A stretch of DNA of 26,274 bases from a virus. The position numbers and the translations under genes were made by a program. Below, in pieces: positions 1-8,461 of the stretch. Under the pieces are notes generated by a model. The model was not told the origin of the DNA and ran no database searches. It was given only the letters and a program-made list of their open reading frames with translations. Position 1 is the first letter of the stretch. Each line of letters begins with the position of its first letter. The DNA lies in the UHGV virus genome UHGV-0174150; one strand, given 5' to 3'.

Positions 1-396
1 TTTCCTGAGAAAAGCGAAACAATTGAGCAGTATCTTGTAAAGGAACTTCATGGTGTTGATTTTGGATGGACGCCAATACAGTCCATACAAGAGTCTGTAT
101 ATCAGACATGTGTTGAGCCACTGATCTCTAATGGATTTATGGTTTCACGTATACATAAGATGAATGGTCAGCTAGGTTTTCCGCCAGATATGATTCCTAA
201 TGGTTTACTGCCGCTGCCGAGATTTAGTAATACAGAACATCGTATGCACGCAATAATTGATACAGATCATTATGTTGAAGGCAACATGTCAACTGATTTG
301 CAGTTAATTGAAAAACAGATTCTTTCGTTGCATAGTAAAGTTAAAGAAGCATTTGAAGGCATGGTTTCAGATTTTGCGCGTGCTATTTGGTACTGA
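1..396 (+). CDS. hypothetical protein, C-terminal part; 5' end outside window
   Basis: Frame 1 is open from nt 1 to TGA at 394-396; the ORF track reports only the 139-396 part from an internal ATG. AT-rich like the two downstream ORFs. No motif recognised. Confidence 0.45.
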   Translation, partial: FPEKSETIEQYLVKELHGVDFGWTPIQSIQESVYQTCVEPLISNGFMVSRIHKMNGQLGFPPDMIPNGLLPLPRFSNTEHRMHAIIDTDHYVEGNMSTDLQLIEKQILSLHSKVKEAFEGMVSDFARAIWY

Positions 397-415
397 AACT
401 ACGGGGGTGACTAAA

Positions 416-1078
416 ATGTATGCAATTCCTACTGGAAGCATAGGCTCTGTAGATCGGTATACTCCAGATTCGCAGTCAAGCTCATGTGTATCAGGTGTTG
501 TTGCTGTCGCCGCATCTTTACTATTAGTTGGTACGGGGGCTTCATACCCTGTAAATGCTTATAAGCAATGGCGTCAGTATGTTCAGCCAAGGGTTCAGTT
601 TGCATTTGATTCCATAGAGTCAACGTACACGCCTGCAATTTCTCCTGAGGTTGATGTCAGGAATGTTGCCCAACATTTGGCTAATATTCGAGAAGTGCTG
701 TCTCCATCAATGTCAGAACTGGCTAAGGATTTGGGGATAACTCGGCAGGCTCTCTATAAATGGTTGTCAGGGGAGAACCAGCCTGATGATGCTTCAAAAG
801 TCCAATTCATTACCAACCTCAGTAATGTTGCTGACTCTTTTTCCAAAGCTGGACTCAATGATGCGAAGCTATTGGTGAAAATGAAAGCATTCAATGGTAG
901 GTCATTGATGGACTTAATAAAAGAAGGTGAGGATTGGAACAAGCCAGTTCAGGTACTGATTGATGAAGCTAAAGCGATGAATGCAGCTGCTGAATCGACC
1001 AATTACTTAGCAAGCAAGGCGAAACCGACAGATGATTGGAAGTCATCTATTTCAATTCCTAGAACAGTAGAGGAATAA
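416..1078 (+). CDS. hypothetical protein with XRE/Cro-type helix-turn-helix motif
   Basis: ATG at 416 with GGGGGTGA Shine-Dalgarno at 403-410, 20 nt after the upstream stop. Segment SMSELAKDLGITRQALYKWLSGENQP looks like an HTH_3 motif. Gly/Ala-rich hydrophobic stretch near the N-terminus. AT-rich. Confidence 0.55.
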   Translation: MYAIPTGSIGSVDRYTPDSQSSSCVSGVVAVAASLLLVGTGASYPVNAYKQWRQYVQPRVQFAFDSIESTYTPAISPEVDVRNVAQHLANIREVLSPSMSELAKDLGITRQALYKWLSGENQPDDASKVQFITNLSNVADSFSKAGLNDAKLLVKMKAFNGRSLMDLIKEGEDWNKPVQVLIDEAKAMNAAAESTNYLASKAKPTDDWKSSISIPRTVEE

Positions 1079-1087
1079 ATCACATTT

Positions 1088-1936
1088 ATGTTGGTACGAG
1101 GAACATCATGGCGTCAGGGGCATGTTCTTAAACATGATGATGCCGTTTCACTTGGACTTCTGAAGCCTGATGAAACGAACCATAAAGTTGTAGTTATAAC
1201 GCATGATTGTGATTTACAGAGTAATTCTGAAAAAAACGTGGAACTGATGTTTGGCCCCTTGAAAAAGGGGTCAAGCAAGATGAAAAGAGCTAAGCATCCG
1301 AGAATCCTCGATCTATGCTTTGAAAACCCAGAAAGTGCTAAGAAGAACGCAGTAGAGCTTCGGCATGAAAGAAAAGTCATCATTTCTAAAGAAGCTTTCC
1401 GTTGTGAGGAAAACGATCCGGCATTCTCCATTAGCACAGAAGAGAAACAAGCTCTTAAGCAATGGTTAGCAGCTAAGTATGGTCGTCCAGCGTTTCCTAA
1501 CTCGTTTGAAGAGCGCTTGCGGGCTTACGACGAGGATAAAAAGTTTATTTTCGAAAAAGAAGTTGCGGACATTATCGCCACAAACGCAGAGCATTTGATC
1601 GGAGTTTTTTTCGATTTGGGCGAAGAAAGATTTAACGATCTTGAGGAAGGCATACCATATGAGCTTTCTATCAATGTTGTTTATGATGCAACTGAAGGTG
1701 GCCCCGATGCCAGAGGGGCGGCTGAACAAACCTGTTCTGATCTAAAGGCATTGTTTTATAAGTTTTATGGTGATCCAATCTTGGGACATTCAGAGCTTAT
1801 AGAATTGAATACGTGCATTGCTGTTGCCGATACTCATTTCTCCCTGTATGCATTGAGGCGGATGGATCAATGGAGGGTGGAATACATCAGCCTTGAAGAA
1901 GATTCATATGGCGATTTCATTGGTGCCGGTGTTTAA
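1088..1936 (+). CDS. hypothetical protein (282 aa), possible effector partner of the HTH protein
   Basis: ATG at 1088 with GAGGAA about 12 nt upstream, 9 nt after the previous stop (operon-like spacing). AT-rich. No Walker A, HEPN or PD-(D/E)xK motif recognisable by eye. Stop codon lies inside the 1930-1965 palindrome. Confidence 0.6.
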   Translation: MLVRGTSWRQGHVLKHDDAVSLGLLKPDETNHKVVVITHDCDLQSNSEKNVELMFGPLKKGSSKMKRAKHPRILDLCFENPESAKKNAVELRHERKVIISKEAFRCEENDPAFSISTEEKQALKQWLAAKYGRPAFPNSFEERLRAYDEDKKFIFEKEVADIIATNAEHLIGVFFDLGEERFNDLEEGIPYELSINVVYDATEGGPDARGAAEQTCSDLKALFYKFYGDPILGHSELIELNTCIAVADTHFSLYALRRMDQWRVEYISLEEDSYGDFIGAGV

Positions 1937-1965
1937 ACTGGCTGTTTCGACAGCCAGTTTAAACA
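1930..1965. terminator. perfect 16-bp-stem hairpin with TTCG loop between convergent cargo ORF and Q; putative bidirectional terminator or boundary element
   Basis: GTTTAAACTGGCTGT-TTCG-ACAGCCAGTTTAAAC read directly; sits between the stop of the 1088-1936 ORF and the stop of Q at 1974-1976. No U-tract on either side, so terminator function is inferred only from position. Confidence 0.4.
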
Positions 1966-1973
1966 GGCTTTAA

Positions 1974-3008
1974 TCAAGCATCGCCTAATTTATATTCGTC
2001 AAAACGAATAATTTCGTCATTAAGCCATTCATTTAATTCCATTAATCTTTTTTGAAGTGGAATCAATTCATTACGAACGAATACTCGACTAGCTTTTTCC
2101 ACGTCTCCAAACCCACCAACGTTGCTCGGCATAATTCCCATCATCTGCGGTGGCACGCGGTGCGCTGCCATCATGTCATCGCGGCTAACGTTCTTGATGT
2201 TAAGAAACTCGTCTTTCGCCGCAACCTCTGATAACGGGATGATCTGGATGCCGTCCTTTTTGCCGTTGGGCGAATACATAAACAGGTTGCGGAAGTTACC
2301 CGGTCCTTTGGCGCTTTTCATTGCCTGACGGATATTGTTCACATCCTCCTGGTTCTGTGCTGCGTCGGTCATGTACATAATGAAACCTGCGTGGCTGCCG
2401 TTGATGTAATACTTCCGGCGAAACAGCGTTGCGGACTCGTTGAGCAGGGTTGACGGGATGGCGGAGAGATAGCCTGGCAGCCCGTAAATCTCCTGGTTAA
2501 TATCCGGCTCCAGCAGATGAAAGATGCTGCCCTGCGTAAATTCATAGGGCTGCGTGGTCATGCCATACTGCACAAACCAGTAGGTATCCAGGTCTAATCC
2601 ACGTCGGGTGTATTTTGCCAGGGCAGGCTCAAGGGCGATAACTTCACCGAATCGGTTCGTGCGTTTCTCCAGGTAGGCGTTACCAAATACCAGATAGTCC
2701 TGCACAAAACGCGAAAAAGCCTGCTGGCTGAGCAGCGGATGAGGGATATAGGTACTGGTCAGAATGTTGCACTTTACTGCAATCGGGGAACTGTGATGCA
2801 CGGCGGCGCGGAAGGTGCGCGCCAGTCCGTCAAAGCTGACGGGCGGCTCATACCAACGGTCCATCTGTACGCATTCCACATAGTCCAGCAGTTCACGGCG
2901 GTCCAGAACAGGAACGGGATCGCCGAAGCTGAATGCTTCGGCTGTAGTTTGACTTTTAAGCTGGATCTGTTTCGTCGCCGCAGCTCGGTTCTTCTTACTC
3001 TTTCCCAT
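1974..3008 (-). CDS. Q: portal protein (P2 Q-like)
   Basis: 344-aa ORF whose position and length match P2 gpQ. Start ATG overlaps the P stop (ATGA coupling); the ORF track extends 1 codon further to a TTG. Confidence 0.9.
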   Translation of the reverse strand: MGKSKKNRAAATKQIQLKSQTTAEAFSFGDPVPVLDRRELLDYVECVQMDRWYEPPVSFDGLARTFRAAVHHSSPIAVKCNILTSTYIPHPLLSQQAFSRFVQDYLVFGNAYLEKRTNRFGEVIALEPALAKYTRRGLDLDTYWFVQYGMTTQPYEFTQGSIFHLLEPDINQEIYGLPGYLSAIPSTLLNESATLFRRKYYINGSHAGFIMYMTDAAQNQEDVNNIRQAMKSAKGPGNFRNLFMYSPNGKKDGIQIIPLSEVAAKDEFLNIKNVSRDDMMAAHRVPPQMMGIMPSNVGGFGDVEKASRVFVRNELIPLQKRLMELNEWLNDEIIRFDEYKLGDA

Positions 3009-4774
3009 CAAAAAATCTCCACAATATTGCTGGTATTGGCGGATTCGCCCTGCAGCGGTTCGTTAAACAGTGCGTGCATCGTTGCCCATGCCAGATCGGC
3101 GTGGCTGGCTTCTTCGCTGCGGCTGGCTTCATAGGTCGGGCGGTTGCCACTGGCGGTGGTGGTGCGACGGATTGCCATAAATGACTGCGCAATGTCGGTA
3201 TGTCCGGCGTCAAACTCCAGACGGCGGTGGCTGATAATGTCGTAGGCCTTGAGTACCAGGGCGTTTTTAACGTTGGGGTTGTAGACAAACTCCCGGACGG
3301 CAGGAAAGAACGCTTTCACGTTCTCGTAAACCCCGTGACCAACGCCGGTTGAGTCGATGCCGATGTAGGTCACGTTGTACTGCTCGGTCAGTTTTTTGAT
3401 TGCGTCAGCCTGGGCGCGGAAGTCCATCCCGCGCCACTGGTGACGCTCAAGAATGCGAAACTTACCGCCCGGCACGGCTGGCGGTGCCACCACCACGCAT
3501 CCGGCGCTGTCGCCGTTCTGCGTACCTTTTGCCGGGTCATAACCGATCCACACTTCGCGCCAGCCAAACGGGCGCAGGGCCAGAGCATGAAAGTCGGTCC
3601 AGACTTCCCAGCTGTCCACCATGCACGCCTGCAGCTCGCTGAGCGGGAACACGGACGCGAGATCGTCCACGAACTCGCACATCAGCAGGTTCTGGTATTC
3701 GTCCGGGCTGTACTCCATGCGCAACTGGTCAAGGTCGAACAGGTTACAGCCGCCGCGCACCGCATCTTCCACGGTGACTATCTGGCGGTATTGCCCGTCT
3801 GCGCACAGCAGGCCGGGGGCCAGATTGCTATGGGACAGGTCGATGTCCACCTTGTCGGCTTTGTTGCGTCCACGGTTGAACAGTGCACCGGACCAGAACG
3901 GATAAGCACTGTGGGTCAGGCTGGATGGCGTGGAAAAATAGGTTTGTCGCCATTTTTTGTGAATAGCCATACCGGAAGCCACTTTGCGCAGCTCCTGGAA
4001 TTTCGGTATCCAGAAATATTCATCCAGATACAGGTTGCCGTGGTAACTCTGGGTCGTGCCGCCAATGGTCTCGAGGAAGTATAGAGTGGCCCCCTAGGGA
4101 AGCTACATCGGTGCGCCTTTCAGCTCCACCTCCACTTCTTTGGCGAAGTCGATGATGTACTGTTTAAAGACGTGGGCCTGTGCCTTACTGGCGGAAAGGA
4201 AAATCTGGTTACGTCCGGTAAGCAGGGCGTCAATCAGGGCTTCACGGGCAAAGTAAAAGGTCGCGCCGATCTGGCGTGACTTCAGCAGGTTGCGGATGCG
4301 GTTGGCTTTTCCGGCTTCCCTCCAGTGGCGCTGGTAGTTGAACATGGAGGAATGGAAGATTTCTTCCAGCTTCTCAATCTGCTCATCGGTGAAAACATTC
4401 TTTTCCGGCTGACGGCGCGGGCCTTTGTTGCGGTTGGCGACGTTAGGGTTTAAGTCGGCTTCGTTGCCGCCATTGTTAAACTTGCTGATCCGCGCGTGGC
4501 GCTCCGACTGGCGCGCCAGCAGGTCAATCTCTTTGAAATCTTTCCCTTCTTTGTGCTCCTTCATAATGAGCTGGCAGTAGCGTGCGGCGGTGGTGAGCTG
4601 CATCTGATCCAGCGGCCCATAGTCACCCCACTTGTCGCGTTTTTTCCAGCTGTGAACGGTTGCAACTTTCTCGCCCAGCATTTCAGCAATGCGGGCTACG
4701 CGGTATCCCTGAAAGTACAGCAGCATGGCCTGCCGACGGGGATCGAGATCTGCGGGTGTCAGTGTGGTGTTCAT
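3008..4774 (-). pseudogene. P: terminase large subunit (P2 P-like), single frame interrupted by two in-frame TAG codons at 4103-4105 and 4094-4096
   Basis: ORFs 4103-4774 (N-terminal part) and 3008-3982 (C-terminal part) are in the same frame. Reading through gives ...KGAPM*LP*GATLYFLETIGG... with no other stop; total 589 codons, about P2 gpP size. Neighbouring residues align to P2 P as recalled from memory. Confidence 0.85.
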
Positions 4775-4820
4775 GGCACAAACCTACAGCCTTGAATGAA
4801 GGCTTTCCCCGCCTGCGGTT

Positions 4821-4838
4821 TGTGTGGTTGTCGGTACA
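4821..4838. promoter_or_regulatory. TGT-N12-ACA dyad; putative Ogr-dependent late promoter element in the P/O divergent intergenic region
   Basis: TGTgtggttgtcggtACA read directly. Centre is about 87 bp upstream of the O start, compatible with a -55 activator site plus about 30-nt leader. P2 late promoters are known to carry TGT-N12-ACA near -55. Confidence 0.45.
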
Positions 4839-4916
4839 AATACCGCGCATTGTTTCACTGCCCCCATCACCGCAACCATAAGGATCCAGTAAGTTTTTTC
4901 TAATGGAGCACGGCTC

Positions 4917-5750
4917 ATGACAGTGAAAGCAAAGCGTTTTCGCATCGGGGTGGAAGGTGCCACCACCGACGGACGCGAAATCCAGCGTGAATGGCTGGAA
5001 CAGATGGCAGCCAGCTACAACCCGGCGGTGTATACCGCGCTGATTAACCTTGAGCACATCAAGTCTTATCTACCGGACAGCACCTTTAACCGCTACGGCA
5101 AGGTGACGGCGCTGTTTGCTGAAGAAATCACGGAAGGTCCGCTGGCAGGCAAGATGGCGCTGTATGCCGACGTTGAGCCAACGGAGTCCCTGGTGGAACT
5201 GGTGAAAAAAGGCCAGAAATTATTCACCTCTATGGAAGTCAGCCCGAAGTTCGCTGATACGGGCAAAGCCTACCTGGTCGGCCTGGCTGCCACTGATGAC
5301 CCTGCCAGTCTGGGTACGGAAATGCTGACATTCAGCGCCAGTGCAGCCCATAACCCGCTGGCAAACCGCAAGCAGAATCCTGCCAATCTCTTTACCGCTG
5401 CAGAGGAAACGGTGATCGAACTGGAAGAAATCCAGGACGACAAACCGTCCCTGTTTGCCCGCGTCACGGCGCTGTTTACCAAAAAAGAGCAGTCCGATGA
5501 CGCCCGGTTCTCTGATGTGCATAAGGCCGTGGAGCTGGTCGCCACTGAGCAGCAGAACCTGAACGCACGCACCGAAAAATCCCTGTCTGAGCAGGAAGAA
5601 CGCCTGTCTGAGCTGGAGACTGCCCTGCAGGCACAGCAAACCGCCTTTAACGAACTGGTGGACAAGCTGAGTCATGAAGACAGCCGCCAGGACTACCGCC
5701 AGCGTGCAACAGGCGGTAACGCCCCCGCTGACACTCTGACCAATTGCTGA
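4917..5750 (+). CDS. O: capsid scaffolding protein (P2 O-like)
   Basis: 277 aa; synteny; similar to P2 gpO, including motifs FRIGVEG and YLVGLAATDDPASLGTE (from memory). Confidence 0.9.
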   Translation: MTVKAKRFRIGVEGATTDGREIQREWLEQMAASYNPAVYTALINLEHIKSYLPDSTFNRYGKVTALFAEEITEGPLAGKMALYADVEPTESLVELVKKGQKLFTSMEVSPKFADTGKAYLVGLAATDDPASLGTEMLTFSASAAHNPLANRKQNPANLFTAAEETVIELEEIQDDKPSLFARVTALFTKKEQSDDARFSDVHKAVELVATEQQNLNARTEKSLSEQEERLSELETALQAQQTAFNELVDKLSHEDSRQDYRQRATGGNAPADTLTNC

Positions 5751-5766
5751 TGGAGCACAAAACCCG

Positions 5767-6825
5767 ATGAAAAAGAATACCCGCTTTGCTTTTAACGCTT
5801 ACCTGCAGCAACTGGCGCGTCTGAACGGTGTGGCAGTTGAAGAACTGTCCAGCAAATTCACTGTGGAGCCGTCTGTGCAGCAGACGCTGGAAGACCAGAT
5901 CCAGCAGTCCGCCGCTTTCCTGACGCTGATTAACGTCACGCCAGTGACTGAGCAGTCCGGTCAGCTGCTGGGGCTGGGTGTTGGCAGCACCATTGCCGGA
6001 ACCACTGATACCACCGCGAAAGAGCGTGAACCTGTCGATCCGACGCTGATGGTCGATGTGGAATATAAATGCGAGCAGACCAACTTTGACACGGTGCTGA
6101 CCTACGCGAAGCTGGACCTGTGGGCGAAGTTTCAGGATTTCCAGGGGCGGATCCGTGACGCCATCGTGAAACGTCAGGCACTGGACCGCATCATGATCGG
6201 CTTATACGGCCGGACGCTTTCGAAAACCTCCAACCGTAGTGAAAACCCGCTGCTGCAGGATGTGAACAAAGGCTGGCTGCAGAAAATCCGTGAGGATGCA
6301 CCGGATCACGTCATGGGCAGCACCACCACGGGCGGCGAAACCACACCGGGTGCGGTGAAAGTCGGGAAAGGTGGCGAATATGCCAACCTGGACGCTGTGG
6401 TGATGGATGCGGTCAATGAGCTTATCGACGTGGTCTACCAGGACGATGACGATCTGGTGGTGATTTGCGGGCGTGAACTGCTGTCTGACAAGTATTTCCC
6501 GCTGGTCAACAAAGAGCAGGAAAACAGTGAAAAACTGGCTGCCGATATGATCATCAGTCAGAAACGCATGGGTGGCCTGCAGGCGGTGCGTGCGCCGTTC
6601 TTCCCGCCGAATGCGCTGCTGATCACCCGTCTGGATAACCTGTCCATCTACTGGCAGGAAGATACCCGCCGCCGTTCAGTTATCGACAACCCGAAACGTG
6701 ACCGGATTGAAAATTTTGAATCCGTTAACGAAGCCTATGTGGTTGAGGACTATCGCTGCGCTGCACTGGTGGAAAACATCCAGATTGGTGATTTCAGCGC
6801 CGCCGCAGCCGAAACCGGAGCGTAA
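5767..6825 (+). CDS. N: major capsid protein (P2 N-like)
   Basis: 352 aa, immediately after O; size and position match P2 gpN. Confidence 0.9.
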   Translation: MKKNTRFAFNAYLQQLARLNGVAVEELSSKFTVEPSVQQTLEDQIQQSAAFLTLINVTPVTEQSGQLLGLGVGSTIAGTTDTTAKEREPVDPTLMVDVEYKCEQTNFDTVLTYAKLDLWAKFQDFQGRIRDAIVKRQALDRIMIGLYGRTLSKTSNRSENPLLQDVNKGWLQKIREDAPDHVMGSTTTGGETTPGAVKVGKGGEYANLDAVVMDAVNELIDVVYQDDDDLVVICGRELLSDKYFPLVNKEQENSEKLAADMIISQKRMGGLQAVRAPFFPPNALLITRLDNLSIYWQEDTRRRSVIDNPKRDRIENFESVNEAYVVEDYRCAALVENIQIGDFSAAAAETGA

Positions 6826-6828
6826 TCC

Positions 6829-7479
6829 ATGAGCCTGAGTCCCGCACGGCAGCATCGCCTGCGCGTTCAGGCTGAACAGGCCGCCCGCGAGGGCGGCAGT
6901 GTTCGCCACGCATCGGGCTATGACCTGATGCTGCTGCAACTGGCGGAAGACCGCCGCCGTCTCAAGGGCGTTCAGTCCACGGTCAAAAAAGCGGAAATCA
7001 AGGTGGAGCTGCTGCCGAAGTACGCCGCCTGGGCAGAGGGTGTCCTGGCTGCCGGAGGCGCTCAACAGGATGACGTGCTGATGTACGTGATGCTGTGGCG
7101 CATTGATGCCGGAGATTATGCCGGGGCGCTGGAGATCGGGCGTCATGCCCTGCGTCATGGCTGGGTGATGCCACTGGGTAACCGCAATGTGCAGACCGTG
7201 CTGGCAGAGGAAATGGCAGACGCCGCGCAGAGCGCAATGCTTGCCGCCACCGGCTTTGATGCCGATCTGTTGTTGCAGACGCTGGAGCTGACAGACGGTC
7301 TGGATATGCCGGACCAGTCACGGGCGCGTCTGCATAAAGCGATTGGCGCTGTCCTGAGTGAAAGCAATCCGGCTTCCGCCCTTAATCATCTCAACCATGC
7401 GTTGCAGCTCGATCCCCGCTGTGGCGTGAAAAAAGACAAACAGCAGCTGGAGCGCAGACTGCGCAATGACAGCCGCTGA
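6829..7479 (+). CDS. M: terminase small (endonuclease) subunit (P2 M-like)
   Basis: 216 aa; starts 4 nt after the N stop; similar to P2 gpM (from memory); synteny. Confidence 0.85.
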   Translation: MSLSPARQHRLRVQAEQAAREGGSVRHASGYDLMLLQLAEDRRRLKGVQSTVKKAEIKVELLPKYAAWAEGVLAAGGAQQDDVLMYVMLWRIDAGDYAGALEIGRHALRHGWVMPLGNRNVQTVLAEEMADAAQSAMLAATGFDADLLLQTLELTDGLDMPDQSRARLHKAIGAVLSESNPASALNHLNHALQLDPRCGVKKDKQQLERRLRNDSR

Positions 7480-7574
7480 CAGAACGTGCCCCCGCGCACG
7501 GGCGGCACGGGGTGGCGAAAGGCACTGCCACATCAAAACCCCGTCCACCGCCCTCTATTTCAGGAGAAAGCAGC

Positions 7575-8039
7575 ATGAAGTTTGTTGCGCCAGAACAGGC
7601 ACCGGAACAGGCGGAAATCATCAGGAATACGCCGTTCTGGCCTGATGTGGACCTGTCGGAGTTTCGCAGCGTGATGCGCACTGACGGCACGGTGACGCAG
7701 CCGCGTTTAAAGCAGGTTGCGCTGTCGGCAATTTCGGAGGTCAACGCAGAGCTGTATGAGTTTCGCAGACGCCAGCAGATGCTGGGGTATGCCTCGCTGG
7801 CAGAGGTTCCGGCGGAGCAGTTGGACGGCAAAAGTGAGCGCATTCAGCACTATTTCAACGCGGTTTACTGCTGGGCACGCGCCATGCTCAACGAACGTTA
7901 CCAGGACTATGACGCCACGGCGTCCGGTGTGAAGCGGGGCGAGGAACTGGCGGAAGCAAGCGGTGATTTGTGGCGTGACGCCCGCTGGGCCATCAGCCGG
8001 GTGCAGGATGCGCCGCACTGCACAGTGGAGCTTATCTGA
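7575..8039 (+). CDS. L: head completion/stabilisation protein (P2 L-like)
   Basis: ATG at 7575 preceded by AGGAG; the ORF track's earlier start at 7512 is less likely. C-terminal ELWRDARWAISRVQ matches the P2 gpL pattern. Confidence 0.85.
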   Translation: MKFVAPEQAPEQAEIIRNTPFWPDVDLSEFRSVMRTDGTVTQPRLKQVALSAISEVNAELYEFRRRQQMLGYASLAEVPAEQLDGKSERIQHYFNAVYCWARAMLNERYQDYDATASGVKRGEELAEASGDLWRDARWAISRVQDAPHCTVELI

Positions 8040-8242
8040 TGAAAGTGCGTGCGCATCAGTATGACACGGTGGACGCGCTTTGCTGGCGTCATTACGGGCG
8101 CACGCAGGGTGTCACGGAGCAGGTACTGAAGGCAAATCCGGGGCTTGCCGAATACGGCCCCTTTTTACCTCACGGGCTGCAGGTGGAGCTGCCGGACATT
8201 CCGACCACCACCACCGTGCAGACCGTCCAGCTATGGGACTGA
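8039..8242 (+). CDS. X: tail protein X (LysM-like, P2 X-like)
   Basis: 67 aa, same length as P2 gpX; overlaps L stop (TGATG); motif ANPGLAE...LPHG..VELPD. Confidence 0.8.
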   Translation: MKVRAHQYDTVDALCWRHYGRTQGVTEQVLKANPGLAEYGPFLPHGLQVELPDIPTTTTVQTVQLWD

Positions 8243-8245
8243 ATT

Positions 8246-8461
8246 ATGACGCTTGAGCGAATCAGCGCCTTTATCACGTATTGCATCGCCGTCGTGCTGG
8301 CCTGGCTGGGCGATTTGTCCATCAAGGATGCCTCAACGCTGGGCGGCCTGATGATTGGTGTGCTGATGCTGGCTATCAACTGGTACTACAAACACAAAGC
8401 CTACCAGCTTCTGCGCGACGGGCAGATCTCGCGGGAGGACTATGAATCCATCAATCGTTAA
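8246..8461 (+). CDS. holin, two-TMD pinholin-like (occupies P2 Y position)
   Basis: 71 aa with two hydrophobic segments and a charged C-terminus; size and topology resemble phage 21 S21 pinholin rather than the 93-aa P2 Y. Confidence 0.65.
   Translation: MTLERISAFITYCIAVVLAWLGDLSIKDASTLGGLMIGVLMLAINWYYKHKAYQLLRDGQISREDYESINR

Noticed and set aside
139-396. Independent 85-aa gene starting at ATG 139
   Set aside because: The same frame is open back to nt 1, so this is more likely the tail of a longer gene starting upstream of the window.
308-415. N-terminal extension of the HTH gene (ORF-track start at 308)
   Set aside because: It would overlap the upstream ORF by about 90 nt and has no Shine-Dalgarno, whereas ATG 416 has a strong one; 416 chosen.
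1255-1270. CCCCTT-GAAA-AAGGGG hairpin resembling an intrinsic terminator
   Set aside because: It is inside the 1088-1936 coding frame (encodes ...FGPLKKGS...) and is not followed by a T-run; probably incidental.
7500-7535. A cos site located between M and L
   Set aside because: The resemblance to the GC-rich P2/186 cohesive end is partial and comes from memory; the position inside the head operon is not where cos lies in P2-like phages. Kept only as a structured-element finding.
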